Part shown: positions 50,336 through 63,035 of the stretch, one piece after another
Layout of the letters: each line of letters starts with the position of its first letter
Position numbering within the stretch: the first letter of the stretch is position 1
From: Narcine bancroftii
Lineage: Eukaryota
DNA length: 64,000 nt
Direction: 5' to 3'
NCBI RefSeq assembly: GCF_036971445.1
Contig: NC_091473.1
Location: 207,762,001 to 207,826,000 of the forward strand
The notes under the pieces: model-generated
What the model saw: only the letters and a program-made list of their open reading frames with translations
Databases searched by the model: none
What the model was told of the DNA's origin: nothing
Position numbers and translations under genes: made by a program

Positions 50336-53300
50336 GCAGGCGGCGGCCTCGGCCCCGGTCCGGGCAGTATGGACCGACCTAGGAGGGGAGGCAGGCCCCT
50401 CCAGCCCGGGTAAGAAACCTGCATAGGAGAAGGCCACTCCGATATAAAACCTACGACCCAAGGACCTCGCTGCCACGTCCCAGCTTGCTTGGCCACGGCA
50501 CACGAACCATGGGTGTAAAGGGTGGGGCCAGTACTGCGCGCACTGCACTCCACCTAAAAGCTCCTTTGCGCAGGCCCGAGGACAGGTCCACGTCCTCCCC
50601 CTCCACGTCCTCCCCCTCCACGTCCTCCCCCTCAAAAGATGCTCACAAACTCAGGCTAGCATGCTGGAACATCAGAACCATGCTAGACAAGGCTGACAGC
50701 CACCGACCTGAACGTCGGTCTGCCCTCATTGCACATGAACTCCTCAGACTTGACATCGACATAGCCGCTCTCAGTGAAGTCCGCCTGGCAGATGTAGGCA
50801 GCCTCCGAGAACGCGGCGCGGGCTACACACTCTACTGGTCTGGCAAGCCTTTGGATGAACGACGCCTATCTGGTGTAGGCTTCATGGTCAAGAGCTTCAT
50901 TGCCTCCAAACTCGAAAACCTTCCGACAGGCCTCTCGGACCGAATCATGTCCATGCGACTCCCACTTCAAAACAAGCGTCACATCACCCTCATCAGTGTC
51001 TATGCTCCAACCCTCCAGGCGGAACCAGCAGAAAAGAACAAGTTCTACACCGACCTGCGCAACCTCATCCAACGTACCCCTACAGCCGACAAGGTTGTCA
51101 TCCTGGGCGACTTCAACGCTCGTGTCGGCAAAGACTCAGAAACCTGGCCAGGAATCCTGGGCAAGCATGGTGTCGGCAAGTGCAACGACAATGGGCGCCT
51201 CCTGTTGGAGCTCTGCGCAGAACAGCGACTTGTCATTACAAACACCCTTTTTCAGCAGAGGGACAGCCTTAAGACCACCTGGATGCATCCCCGATCCAAA
51301 CACTGGCACCTCCTGGACTACATCCTGGTGCGAGAAAGTGACAAACAAGATGTGCTCCACACCAGGGTCATGCCTAGCGCGGAATGCCACACTGACCACC
51401 GGCTGGTTCGCTGCAAGCTCAACCTTCACTTCAAGCCAAAGCCCAGGAACAATAAAGCCCCCAGAAAGAGGTTCAATGTTGGAAACCTGCAGTCAGACGA
51501 AGCGAGAGGAAACTTCCAGGCAAACCTCAAAGCAAAGCTCGACGTTGCAACCCGCCTCACGGACCCGTCCCCTGAAACCCTCTGGGATCAGTTGAAGACT
51601 ACCATACTGCAATCCACTGAAGAGGTACTGGGCTTCTCCTCCAGGAAAAACAAGGACTGGTTTGACGAAAACAGCCAGGAAATCCAGGAGCTGCTGGCAA
51701 AGAAGCGAGCTGCCCACCAGGCTCACCTTACAAAGCCGTCCTGTCCAGAGAAGAAACAAGCCTTCCGTCGCGCATGCAGCCATCTTCAGCGCAAACTCCG
51801 GGAGATCCAAAATGAGTGGTGGACTAGCCTCGCCAAACGAACACAGCTCAGCGCGGACATTGGCGACTTCGGGTGTTTCTACGAGGCTCTAAAGGCTGTG
51901 TACGGCCCCTCACCCCAAGTCCAAAGCCCGCTGCGCAGCTCAGACGGCAAAGTCCTCCTCAGCGACAAGATCTCCATCCTCAACCGATGGTCAGAACACT
52001 TCCAATCTCTTTTCAGTGCCAACCGCTCAGTCCAAGATTCCGCCCTGCTCCAGCTCCCTCAACAGCCCCTAAGGCAAGAGCTGGATGAGGTTCCCACCCT
52101 GGATGAGACATATAAGGCAATCGAACAACTGAAAAGTGGCAAAGCAGCAGGTATGGATGGAATCCCCCCAGAAGTCTGGAAGGCTGGCGGCAAAACTCTG
52201 CATGCCAAACTGCATGAGTTTTTCAAGCTTTGTTGGGACCAAGGTAAACTGCCTCAGGATCTTCGTGATGCCACCATCATCACCCTGTACAAAAACAAAG
52301 GCGAGAAATCAGACTGCTCAAACTACAGGGGAATCACGTTGCTCTCCATTGCAGGCAAAATCTTCGCTAGGATTCTACTAAATAGAATAATACCTAGTGT
52401 CGCCGAGAATATTCTCCCAGGATCACAGTGCGGCTTTCGCGCAAACAGAGGAACCACTGACATGGTCTTTGCCCTCAGACAGCTCCAAGAAAAGTGCAGA
52501 GAACAAAACAAAGGACTCTACATCACCTTTGTTGACCTCACCAAAGCCTTCGACACCGTGAGCAGGAAAGGGCTTTGGCAAATACTAGAGCGCATCGGTT
52601 GTCCCCCAAAGTTCCTCAACATGATTATCCAACTGCACGAAAACCAACAAGGTCGGGTCAGATACAGCAATGAGCTCTCTGAACCCTTCTCCATTAACAA
52701 TGGCGTGAAGCAAGGCTGTGTTCTCGCACCAACCCTCTTTTAAATCTTCTTCAGCATGATGCTGAACCAAGCCATGAAAGACCCCAACAATGAAGACGCT
52801 GTTTACATCCGGTACCGCACGGATGGCAGTCTCTTCAATCTGAGGCGCCTGCAAGCTCACACCAAGACACAAGAGAAACTTGTCCGTGAACTACTCTTTG
52901 CAGATGATGCCGCTTTAGTTGCCCATTCAGAGCCAGCTCTTCAGCGCTTGACGTCCTGCTTTGCGGAAACTGCCAAAATGTTTGGCCTGGAAGTCAGCCT
53001 GAAGAAAACTGAGGTCCTCCATCAGCCAGCTCCCCACCATGACTACCAGCCCCCCCACATCTCCATCGGGCACACAAAACTCAAAACGGTCAACCAGTTT
53101 ACCTATCTCGGCTGCACCATTTCATCAGATGCAAGGATCGACAATGAGATAGACAACAGACTCGCCAAGGCAAATAGCGCCTTTGGAAGACTACACAAAA
53201 GAGTCTGGAAAAACAACCAACTGAAAAACCTCACAAAGATAAGCGTATACAGAGCCGTTGTCATACCCACACTCCTGTTCGGCTCCGAATCATGGGTCCT

Positions 53301-53891
53301 CTACCGGCACCACCTATGGCTCCTAGAACGCTTTCACCAGCGTTGTCTCCGCTCCATCCTCAACATCCATTGGAGCGCTTACACCCCTAACGTCGAAGTA
53401 CTCGAGATGGCAGAGGTCGACAGCATCGAGTCCACGCTGCTGAAGATCCAGCTGCGCTGGATGGGTCACGTCTCCAGAATGGAGGACCATCGCCTTCCCA
53501 AGATCGTGTTATATGGCGAGCTCTCCACTGGCCATCGTGACAGAGGTGCACCAAAGAAAAGGTACAAGGACTGCCTAAAGAAATCTCTTGGTGCCTGCCA
53601 CATTGACCACCGCCAGTGGGCTGATAATGCCTCAAACCGTGCATCTTGGCGCCTCACAGTTTGGCGGGCAGCAACCTCCTTTGAAGAAGACCGCAGAGCC
53701 CACCTCACTGACAAAAGGCAAAGGAGGAAAAACCCAACACCCAACCCCAACCAACCAATTTTCCCTTGCAACCGCTGCAATCCTGTCTGCCTGTCCCGCA
53801 TCGGACTTGTCAGCCACAAACGAGCCTGCAGCTGACGTGGACTTTTTACCCCCTCCATAAATCTTCGTCCGCGAAGCCAAGCCAAAGAAAA
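50336..53891 (+). mobile_element. Nearly intact RTE-clade LINE, antisense to IgW
   Basis: 12-bp TSD atctctaaattt (50324-50335, 53892-53903); tail gccaagccaaagaaa. Confidence 0.96.
50509..53835 (+). pseudogene. RTE APE-RT ORF with one in-frame stop (TAA 52741-52743)
   Basis: WNIRT, LSEVR, GDFNA, TDH, NYRGITLL, FVDLTKAFDTV, KQGCVLAPTLF*, LFADD, C-terminal CNRC...H motif; both ORF pieces are in the same frame. Confidence 0.95.
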
Positions 53892-54447
53892 ATCTCTAAA
53901 TTTAAATTTGAAATTTAAATCAGCTACTTGATGGTTATTCATTGCCCCATCACAATAAGACTCATACTGGAGACTAAAGGCACTTTTAGGTTGCCAAAAT
54001 CCCCCTATGTAAAGCCACATATTATGCCCATATGTGTCTGTCAGGAGGCCACTTGAAAGCACAGGAGGTGGATGTGAGGCAAACTTTGTAACCCTCCTCC
54101 AGGAGGGATAGTCGCCGGAGTACTGAGGACCCCCGGCACCTGAATGCAGCCGCCTGAAAGCGAATGCTGAGGGGATGACAATATGCTGGTGAGCGCTTGA
54201 CAGCTCCCCTCGCTGCTGCCCTGCCCGCTGGCACAGGACGTCAGGGCAGGGGCAGTGGGCATGGGCTGTCAGTGCTGGGGCAGCCAGCACGGTCAGTCAG
54301 GGTTGAGGTGACCGGCGCGGTCAGTCAGGGTTGAGATGACCAACGCGGGCTGTAGGGGTTGTAGGGCTGTAGTGGTTGGGGAGGACGGCGCGGGCTTTAG
54401 TGGTTGGATTGGCCGGTGCGGGCTGTAGTGGTTGGGCCTGCCAGTAT

Positions 54448-55077
54448 GGGCTGTCCCTATACTGATCCCACTTATGTGGGACAGATTAATTTGTTGCTTT
54501 CCAATGCAGGCACCGAACACCAAATGTTTGTTGATAATCTGCCCACAGCCACGCCAAACCTTGAGTGCTCTCCCCACAGCCCTTAATCAGTCCCAACACT
54601 GTGGGGCGGCCGGTGTGGGCAGAGCAGTGGGATCAGTGTGGGGACCAACATGTGGCTATGGGGAGAGAGCAGAGCAGTGGGATCAGTCTGGGGACCGACA
54701 TGGGGCTAGTTTAATTGGACGGTAATGTTTGGTGCACACATTGTGGCCAAATGGGCTATTTCTGTGCTGTCCTGTTCTTTGTTTTAGATATTCATTATAT
54801 TTAGTGTTTGCATTTCTCTTTGATAAACTAGCTGGGTTTTTATTTGCCACCGTGATGTCTTTTGCTAACTGGTTCATGTGTAAATTCTTCTGTACCATAT
54901 ATTTTTCCTAATGCCTCTGCTAGTTCAAACTCTCTGCCGGTCTGATTCCTCTCAGAGCACTGAAGGTTTGACTTGGCTGTCGGCAGATTCTCAACAAACA
55001 TTTGGTGCTCGGTGTCTGCATTGGAAAGCAACAAGTTAATCTGTCCCTCATAAGTGGGATCAGTATGGCAACAGCCC
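54448..55077. repeat. 124-bp inverted repeat (54448-54571 / 54954-55077)
   Basis: atactgatcccacttatg...ttgttgctttccaatgcag...caccaaatgtttgttga present in both orientations. Confidence 0.92.
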
Positions 55078-55256
55078 ACGCCGGCCACCCCAGCGCTGAC
55101 AGTCTGCGCTGCCCACCCCAAACCCTGTAGACCACCCCACCTCTGACAGCCTGCCGCCCCAACCCTGACAGCCCGAAGGGACAGGAGCCAGAGTGTGCTC
55201 CGAGGCACCTCCCTTGCAGCTTTCCCTTTCAGATGGCCAGCGCTGCACTTTCAATC

Positions 55257-58200
55257 GCAATAGATATTCACCAAGAGAAATGGTTACTTAAACAAACCTT
55301 GCTTTTAATTATTTTGAAACATGAAAATAGAAGAAAACTTTAACTTATCGCTATTGACTTACTTAACCTAACTTAACCCCCTTCTAATTCTAAGCGCACG
55401 TGTATGTAATGTGTGTGTAAGTTCTCTGGTTCTCAGTCCAATCTCACTTCTCATTCCTCCAAGTTCACTGATTGCAGGCAATTCTTATACTGTGCACAGA
55501 ATTTAACATTTATGAAGTTCACCAGGCTTTGGTGCTTGAAAGGTGAGGTTCTTGTCGGTTTTCAGAGAGACATTTGTTGTACGATGGACACCAGCCACCT
55601 CAGTGTCTCGCTGATGAAACTTATCCCCTGTGACAGTACAGGATACAATCACCAATGTATATTTTTCTATATTTTTACAGAAAGTGATTGGCTGAGAGCC
55701 GGAGCCACACCTACTGGCAGGTCATAAAGGGCTGCTCTGGACTGGTCGACCTCAATGTACTACGCTCCAGTCTTTTGTCAATAAAATCGTAGCGCGTCAA
55801 ATGACTCGAAGACTTGTTGACTCAAATCAAGGCTCATGGACCTTCTACCTCCCCAAACCCAGAAGGTACTCAAATGCTGCCTGGGTTTTTTTTTCTTATT
55901 ATGCTCAATGAGTCCCACAGTACCCTGACAAGGCACGGCCTAATTAAGTCCACCTCCTTCCCCTTGTCAGCGGAAGCCAGACTGTCTTTTGACCGCATCA
56001 AGTCGGATATCACCGTGGTCACTCTGTTCGCAGTAGACATATCCTTCCAGGTGGAGACCAATGCGTCTGACTTTGCATTGGCAGCCACCTTAAACTAGGC
56101 CGATAAGCCTGTCACCTTCTTTTCTAGGACCCTGCAGGCCCAGAAAGCCAACACTAATCTGTTGAGCAAGAGGCCCAGGCCAGCAGAGAGGTCGTATGTT
56201 GTTGGAGATACTACCTCGCTGGCAGGCGCTTTACACTCCTGACCGACCAACGCGCAGTCTCATTTATATTTAGTGGCAGCAGCGGAGTAAGATCAAACAT
56301 GACAAGATTCCCAGATGGAGAATCAAACTCTCTATCTTCAACTACGACATTCAGCACAGGCCTGGCAAACTCAATGACCCGCTGACGTCCTTTCCCATGG
56401 GACATGTGCCAGTGTACAACTGGACAGGCTGAATAGATCCACGAGGAGCTCTGTCTCCCAGAGGTCACCAGGTCTGCCCACTTTGTAAAGGCCCACAACC
56501 TGCCTTATATGGTCGAGGAGATCTGCTCCATGACCCGAGCCTGCCCAGTATGCACTGAGTGCAAGCCCAATTTCTTCTGGCCCGAGAAGACCCAGGTCAT
56601 TCAAACCACCCAGATCTTCGAACATCTCAGAGTGGACTTCAAAGGGCCCCTACTGTCGATGAACCGTAACACCTACATTCTCACAGTGATACATGAGTTC
56701 TCCTGCTTCCTGTTCGCTATTCCCTGCCCAGACGTGATTGCCTCTTCAGTCATAAATGCATTCCACAGCATCTTCGCCATTTTCGGGTACTCCAGTTACA
56801 TCCATAGTGACTGGGGGGTCCGCGTTTATGAGTGCGGAGCTGAGGCAGTACCTCCTGGAGCATCGAGCAGGACCACGAGCTGCAACCCACATAGTAATGG
56901 ACAGGTCGAATGGGAGAATGCCACCGTCTGGAAAGCAGTCACGCTTTCCCTCTGGTCCAAAGGCAGAATGTCCTCCCAAATGCCCTACACTCCATCAGGT
57001 CCCTGTTATGCACTACCACCAACGCTACTCCGCACGAATGTATATTCTCGTTCCCGCGGAAGTCGGAACCGGGAACAACTGCACCAGCATGGCTGACGGT
57101 CCCTGAACCTGTCCTGCTGAGAACTCATGTCCGCTACTCGAAAACAACCCTCTAGTCCACCAGGTAACGCTGTAACATGTGAACCCGCACTATGCCTATA
57201 TCGAGTACCCGGAAGGGCGGGAGGACACGGTTTGGATAAGGGACCTGACCCAAGCCAGGTCTAACATTGTCACGTTCCAACCCCAACCTCCATTCAATCC
57301 TCCCCTAGGTTACATGCAGGGACAGTGGGACCAGCAGCACCTCGCAGATGACAACGGCAGCAGATTGGACCAGTCCTCAGCCAACGACGTCTGTGTACTA
57401 GGCGAAACTGCACCCACACCCGGGGTCTCCAGCAATGATATTCTGCCAGCTACCCCGATCCCGGTGATCATGTGAACAATCAGGCCTCCCGACTGTTACA
57501 GCCCGTGAACACTGCATGATATACTTTCCACTTTTTCTTTTATTCACTCCGAGGTCAGTTCCTCAAGAAGGGGTGAATATGATAATACAGGATACTATCA
57601 CCAATGTATATATTTACATATAGTAATAGTGATTGGCTGAGAGCCGGAGCCACGTCTACTGGCAGGTCATAAAGGGCTGCTCCTAACCAGACCCAGGTCA
57701 GTCTGGACTGGTCGACCTCAATGTACTACACTCCAGTCTTTTGTTAATAAAAGCCTTGTTAATAAAGTCAACAAGTCTTTGAGTCATTCGATGGGCTACA
57801 CCCCCTTCAGGTTTCTCCAGATGCCCAGCCACCTCACTGTCTCTCTGACAAAACTTGCCCCCTTCAGGGTTCTCCAAATGATAACGTCTTTCTTTCAGGT
57901 CACCACAGAGTGCCTTTTCCTTTCTCTTCTTGCAAGTGGAACATTAGAGAGCCAGTCCTCTCCTCTTGTATGAACCACAAGGGCTTTGACCAGGCTAAAT
58001 CAAGCACTTACAACCCATCTTTCACATGGGGTTTTCCACAAGCTTGCAAGCTTGTCCTGTTCCAGTCCCAGCTGCTGTTGCTGGGTGTAATACTGGAGAA
58101 GTAATCTTTGTCTCTCTCTCTTTCTGAGAGAAAGTCTGTTTTACTCTCTCTGCTTGCAAAACCACATGACCCACTTAGACCAGTAAGTTCTCTTCCAGAC

Positions 58201-58435
58201 AGAAGGCGACCGACAAGATCTTTCATTTGTTGCATTTTTGTAAACAACAATCCATTCGTCAAGTCTCTTGGGCACTCTCTGAATCTCTTGCAAAGACTGT
58301 TGGCCCTGACATGTCTAGCAAATGGCAGAGCTCCAGTATTTTAAATAAGATCTGTTTTAAAGTGTTTGTATGTGACCTACTCAAACAAACCTTTCCCAAT
58401 TTATCTCCCAAAAACTATCTATATATTCTGTCACA
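55257..58435 (-). mobile_element. Long LTR-like element interrupted by a Gypsy insertion
   Basis: Starts TGTGACAGAATATATAG at 58435 on the minus strand; sequence is continuous across the cccc TSD at 55628/57801; the other end looks truncated. Confidence 0.55.
55629..57800 (+). mobile_element. Internally deleted Gypsy element (LTRs 55629-about 55834 and 57578-57800)
   Basis: TSD cccc; paired LTRs; PPT aagaaggggtgaa; FQVETNASDFALAATLN, VDFKGPL, YIHSDWG, NPHYAYIEYPEGREDTV. Confidence 0.92.
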
Positions 58436-59345
58436 CAGGGAACAACATCTTTGACTCCAAGTGAGCCGATTTTCACTGCAGAGGAGCTGCTTCTCAGAAC
58501 CCTTTTTTCAGCACGAAATAAGTACAGTTCTGTTTCTTTCCAAATTAACCTGAACAACTTCAAAGTCAATTTCTTTCAAAATTTATTGTAGAAATAGAGG
58601 ACTGTTACCCACTGTAATTAGAGATTAGTCAGTTTGGCCAATGATTTGAGAATGTGGCTTCAATCAGCAGTGCCCTGATATGAAGAATTGCAAGGTGTTC
58701 AGCCCTGTCCTGCAGTCGTGACACCGAGACACAGTCACAGTGTCCAGTGCCCCAGGTAAGGTCACCATCAGAAAGCCTGGCAGTGTTGGGACTATTCCCC
58801 TTATTGTTAGAGAATGCTGATCCTATTCCAATGGCTAATTATATTCACCTTTTGGCAGAATTTAAACAAACACTTTGCCAATTTCTGCACTTGACTGAAT
58901 TCACTGATTGGAATGAAAATGACACAGTTGTTGCTTTTGCTGCCAAGTGTTTCAACCAAACGCACAGGAGGAGACAGAGAACCAGTTGGATCCCTGTGTT
59001 CAGTCTCACCAACCTGCCGCAGGTTCAGGTTTGTGAAAGGGTTCGCCACCCTCCCCCATCCACCCGCATTATCTCCTGCCCGTCAGGCTCTGGATGAGAA
59101 GGAGGGCTTCCAGTTCCCAACAGGAGTCTGACCAGAAAAATGATCTGGTCCTGCAGTGGGTCAGTGGGCTGAGTGACAGTGAGCCAACATTGTTCACAAA
59201 TAAATGGGCAAGGAATAGGGGGAGTGTGACTGGGGATTGCTCCTCCCTCTCTTTCAATCATTTTTATTGTTTTTTATAATAAATACACAACAATGAAGAG
59301 AAGGGAACAAAACTGAAAATACCTGTACACGATCACCTATCGAAA

Positions 59346-59347
<2 letters not shown>

Positions 59348-59390
<43 letters not shown>
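59348..59390. repeat. (TG)n microsatellite, about 21 units
   Basis: Direct reading. Confidence 0.98.
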
Positions 59391-59393
<3 letters not shown>

Positions 59394-60149
59394 GTCCACG
59401 TGGCTTACAATGCCATCACCTTCTGCTGCTGGTAACCCTTTATATCCTTTCAGCCATGTCATGAATATGTCCATGATTGGTTACGGAAGCAACTGAGGTC
59501 ATTACAGGACACTGCACATCATCATCTCCTGCTGGGTTCAGTTCCCACCCATCGTGTCTTCAGTCTTTCTCCTGTCCTTCTGCCACTCAGACTTCAGGCT
59601 GCAACATGTGGCAAACAGTTTCTCATGAGAAACATTTGCAAACGCCTCAGAAAACTCCTCTCAATAAATTCCTGTCTCAGATACTTTAATTGCCTCTTTA
59701 ATAAGTTCATTGATGTTCCTAAGTTATGATGAGACCTACAAAAGATTAGTGCTGGATAACAATGAGGAGTGAGGTCTCATAGAGTGGGAATAAACCCAGT
59801 GAATCATGGGAAGGTTCCCCCTCTGTGAGCCTCATCCTGCTTTACTCTCACATTCTATTTTCCCTCTTTGATTCTTCCACACGCTATTTCTCTCTCAGTC
59901 AATTTTCTTCCCACTTCAATTTTTGCTTCTGTTTGCAATTTTCTCCGTCTCCATCTCCATTCTCCTGAGAAGAACAATGGAAAAAAGGAGCAAGAGTAAA
60001 CTACCAAGCACTTCACGTCCACCCAGCCAGTCAACCTGAACATGGCTGATCCACTTTGACCTCAACTCCACTACTGTGCCAGTTACCCAAAGCCCTCAAT
60101 TCCTTGCTGGGTTTCAGAGGTACTTTTCCTTTCAGTGAGTTTAACTGTG

Positions 60150-60630
60150 CCATTGGAATGGAACAGCTTTCTGGTTTGGAAAACAATTCTCTTGAGGCAA
60201 GGTTAGCAGAGCTGGGACTTTTGACTTTGGGGTGTAGAAGGATGAGAGGAGAATTGATAGAGGTCTACAAAATTATGAGAGGCAGAGATTGGGTGGAAAG
60301 CTAGCACCCATTTCCCAGGACAGGATCAGGAAACCCCAGAGGACATATGTACAAAATTAAGGGAGGGAAGTTTAGGGGAGACATAAAGGGCAAGTGTTTT
60401 TTACACAGAGAGTTGTGGATGTCTGGAACACCTTGCCAGGGATGGTGGTAGAGACTGAAACATTAGGGACATTTAAAAGACTCTCAAGGCAAGGACATGG
60501 ATGAAAGGAAAATAGAAGGTTCTGGGGTAAGGAGGGTTTAGAACTTTTTTTTGGAAGGAATACATGAGTCGGCACAACATTGAGAGCTGAAGGACCTGTA
60601 CTGTGTGGAATTGTTCGATGTTCTATGTTA
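60150..60630 (+). mobile_element. CR1 3' fragment
   Basis: RLAELGLLTLGCRRMRGELIEVYKIMRG, FFTQRVV-like DNA, (tgttc)-type tail. Confidence 0.85.
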
Positions 60631-61299
60631 ACAGGTCCTGACATTGAAGAGTCCCTTTATTTTATTTCACATTTATACACATGGTGAGCATCAGCCATGG
60701 ATTCCTCAAACAATGAGGACCCCTGTTGGACACAGTTGTCACGTGTGGCTCAGTGGTTAGCAATGGCACCTCTTGGACTGAAGGTGATGGATTCTAACCT
60801 CTATCTAGAATTAGGCTTTGAACAGAGGGGCTTTTTCAGATAAATCTCAATAATCTCATGACGAGCCCAAAAGAAGAAAATAAGAGCGTTCCCCAGGACC
60901 CTGAGCCAATATTTATCACTAAACTAACAATTAAATACAGAAGATCCAACCGTATTCGATTGGTTATGTGAAGTCTTGCTTCAAGAACATTGTGACAATT
61001 GGACTGGGAAAGTCGATGATCTGTCAGCTCACATTCTGTCACCCTGACAGTCACATGACACAATGATAATGGAGTTATCGACTCATAATCACAATCCATC
61101 CCTGTCCATTAGTCTCCGGCGGGTCCAGGTATGGTGCAAGGCTACCCAATGATGGAAGGTTTTGCACATCATCGATCCAAAGACACCAATTTCTCCCAAA
61201 ATGTGCATTTTCCACACAGCACATCCCACATCATTCATTTCCTGCCTCTCAAAGCCCATCAGCAAAGCACACGCAGAATCATGACATTTTCAAGTTACA

Positions 61300-61305
61300 T
61301 TTATT
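61300..61305 (-). terminator. Polyadenylation signal of the secretory transcript
   Basis: AATAAA on the minus strand about 250 nt after the tailpiece stop codon. Confidence 0.7.
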
Positions 61306-61555
61306 GAACTTCCAAATGATACATGAACACATCCATTGATTTGACACATCTTGAGATCCCAGATCATGTTTCAATCTGATCAATGTCTGTAAAGCCATAC
61401 AGATGCTGAGAAATTTGTGGCTAATGTAATCCTCGAGTCTCATTTTGTTCTCAATGGTTCAGAAATGTCCAGATCTTAATCATGATAGAAAGTAAAATGA
61501 TCTTCTTGGACAGTTAATTTTCATCAAACTAACAAAACCATTGAATCGTGAGGTA

Positions 61556-61941
61556 TTATGCACAAGAGGTAAAACTATCAGTGAGAACAAGTGAGACATT
61601 GACCGAGGTGGGTTTGCTGTGAGATTTATTGATGCTTCTGAACAGATTAGTTGTGAGCGACTCATGTCCCACCACGCAGGAGAAAGTGGTGCCATGATCC
61701 CACTCCTCTGGAGAAACCTTCAACTGACTGGTCATCATGTTCCAGCCACTTCTGGGGTCCTCGGTCACTGGCTGGTTCACGTAGCCAGTCTTCAGAAGGA
61801 TGTCGTTGGCCATCCAGGCCACGTAGATGTCTGCAGGAGAGAACTTCTTGACTAGGCACATCAGGGTTGCAGACTGATCGCCCTCTAACTCTTCTGATGA
61901 AGGGGGGAGGAGGAAGATGTGAGGAGAAGTCACAACTCCAC
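61556..61941 (-). CDS. IgW: IgW terminal constant exon (CH6-type) with secretory tailpiece
   Basis: Acceptor gttctgttcccAG at 61943-61942. Encodes GGVVTSPHIFLLPPSSEE...ATLMCLV...VAWMAND...FSCVVGHESL...INKSHSKPTSVNVSLVLTDSFTSCA*; the tailpiece has an N-V-S sequon and a penultimate Cys. Confidence 0.93.
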
Positions 61942-62479
61942 CTGGGAACAGAACGAACCTCAGTTAGGTTGCATCTTTCAATAATTCTGTGCTGAACCCA
62001 CACATTGTGCTTTCAAACCAACATGGGCAACTTCTACATCTTGAGGGATTTCACTTTACCTGACACTGGAGCCTTTTCCCTTTCTACTCATTGTTGGGAT
62101 GTGCAGGGTGGAAGCCTTGACTCGGACACATTTTAAAGCTTCCAGAGAGGTTTGTCTGTTTCGTTTAATCAGTGGAAGCCACTGATCACAGAGACTCCAC
62201 AGAAAGTGGGTCAGACCATGGACTTGACTCATCCTGTGCTGTTTGGTCCATCTCCCCCTCTGCTTCAATGATCTGCTGAACTTCAGTCTGTGCCTCAGCC
62301 TCCCTGCCCTTCCACCCACTGCCTTGACTCAGTCTCTCCCTCAGGGTTTGAAAGCTGCAGATCCTTCTCCCTCGACATCATCACAGGAACTCACCCCGCA
62401 GCTGAGTTTGGTTTTGGATGAGGCTGCTGTGGTGATTTGGGGTCTTACTGGTTTTCTCTGGAGGCTTCAGTCTTCCTTT

Positions 62480-62890
62480 GCTCCTTAATATTCTCTGACC
62501 AACATGAGAAGACCTTCTCCAAGGCAAAGAAGAATGTGGGGAGTCTCATGGAAACTATAACATTCTGAACTGATTGGACAGAATCGATACTGGAAGAATG
62601 TTCCTGATGGCGGCAGAATCCAGGAACAAGGGTGACAAGCTGAAGATGGTGTGAGAGGAGGAATGATAGAAAGGAGAATGGTGAACCTAGGGAATTCTCT
62701 GCCACAAAGAGCAGTTGAAGCCCAGTGAGTAAATATATCCAAAGATGAGCTGGATATTGTTCCAAGGGTAAAAGTTCAAGGGGCATGGAGAGAAGTCAGG
62801 AATAGGGGGCGCAATTTGAATAATCTGCTTTGATCATATTGAATGGCTAAGCAGCAATGAAGGGTTGAATGGCCTACTTCTACTCTCTAA
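62480..62890 (+). mobile_element. Old CR1 3' fragment in the CH5-CH6 intron
   Basis: gaagaatgtgggg...ggaattctctgccaca...gaatggcctact CR1 3' signature. Confidence 0.65.
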
Positions 62891-63035
62891 TTTTCCCTGA
62901 GACAACCACACTGCTGAATGGTGACATATGCTTTGCTTCTGTACATTACACAATGTAAATGACAAAACCTCAGTATTTATTATCATTCCTCTACTTGCTT
63001 AGATCAGAATCACACCAAGCTCTCTCTTCACGTAC

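Noticed and set aside
54245-54440. G-rich repeats as a class-switch region
   Set aside because: Too short, C-rich on the IgW sense strand, poor in AGCT and located after the secretory exon.
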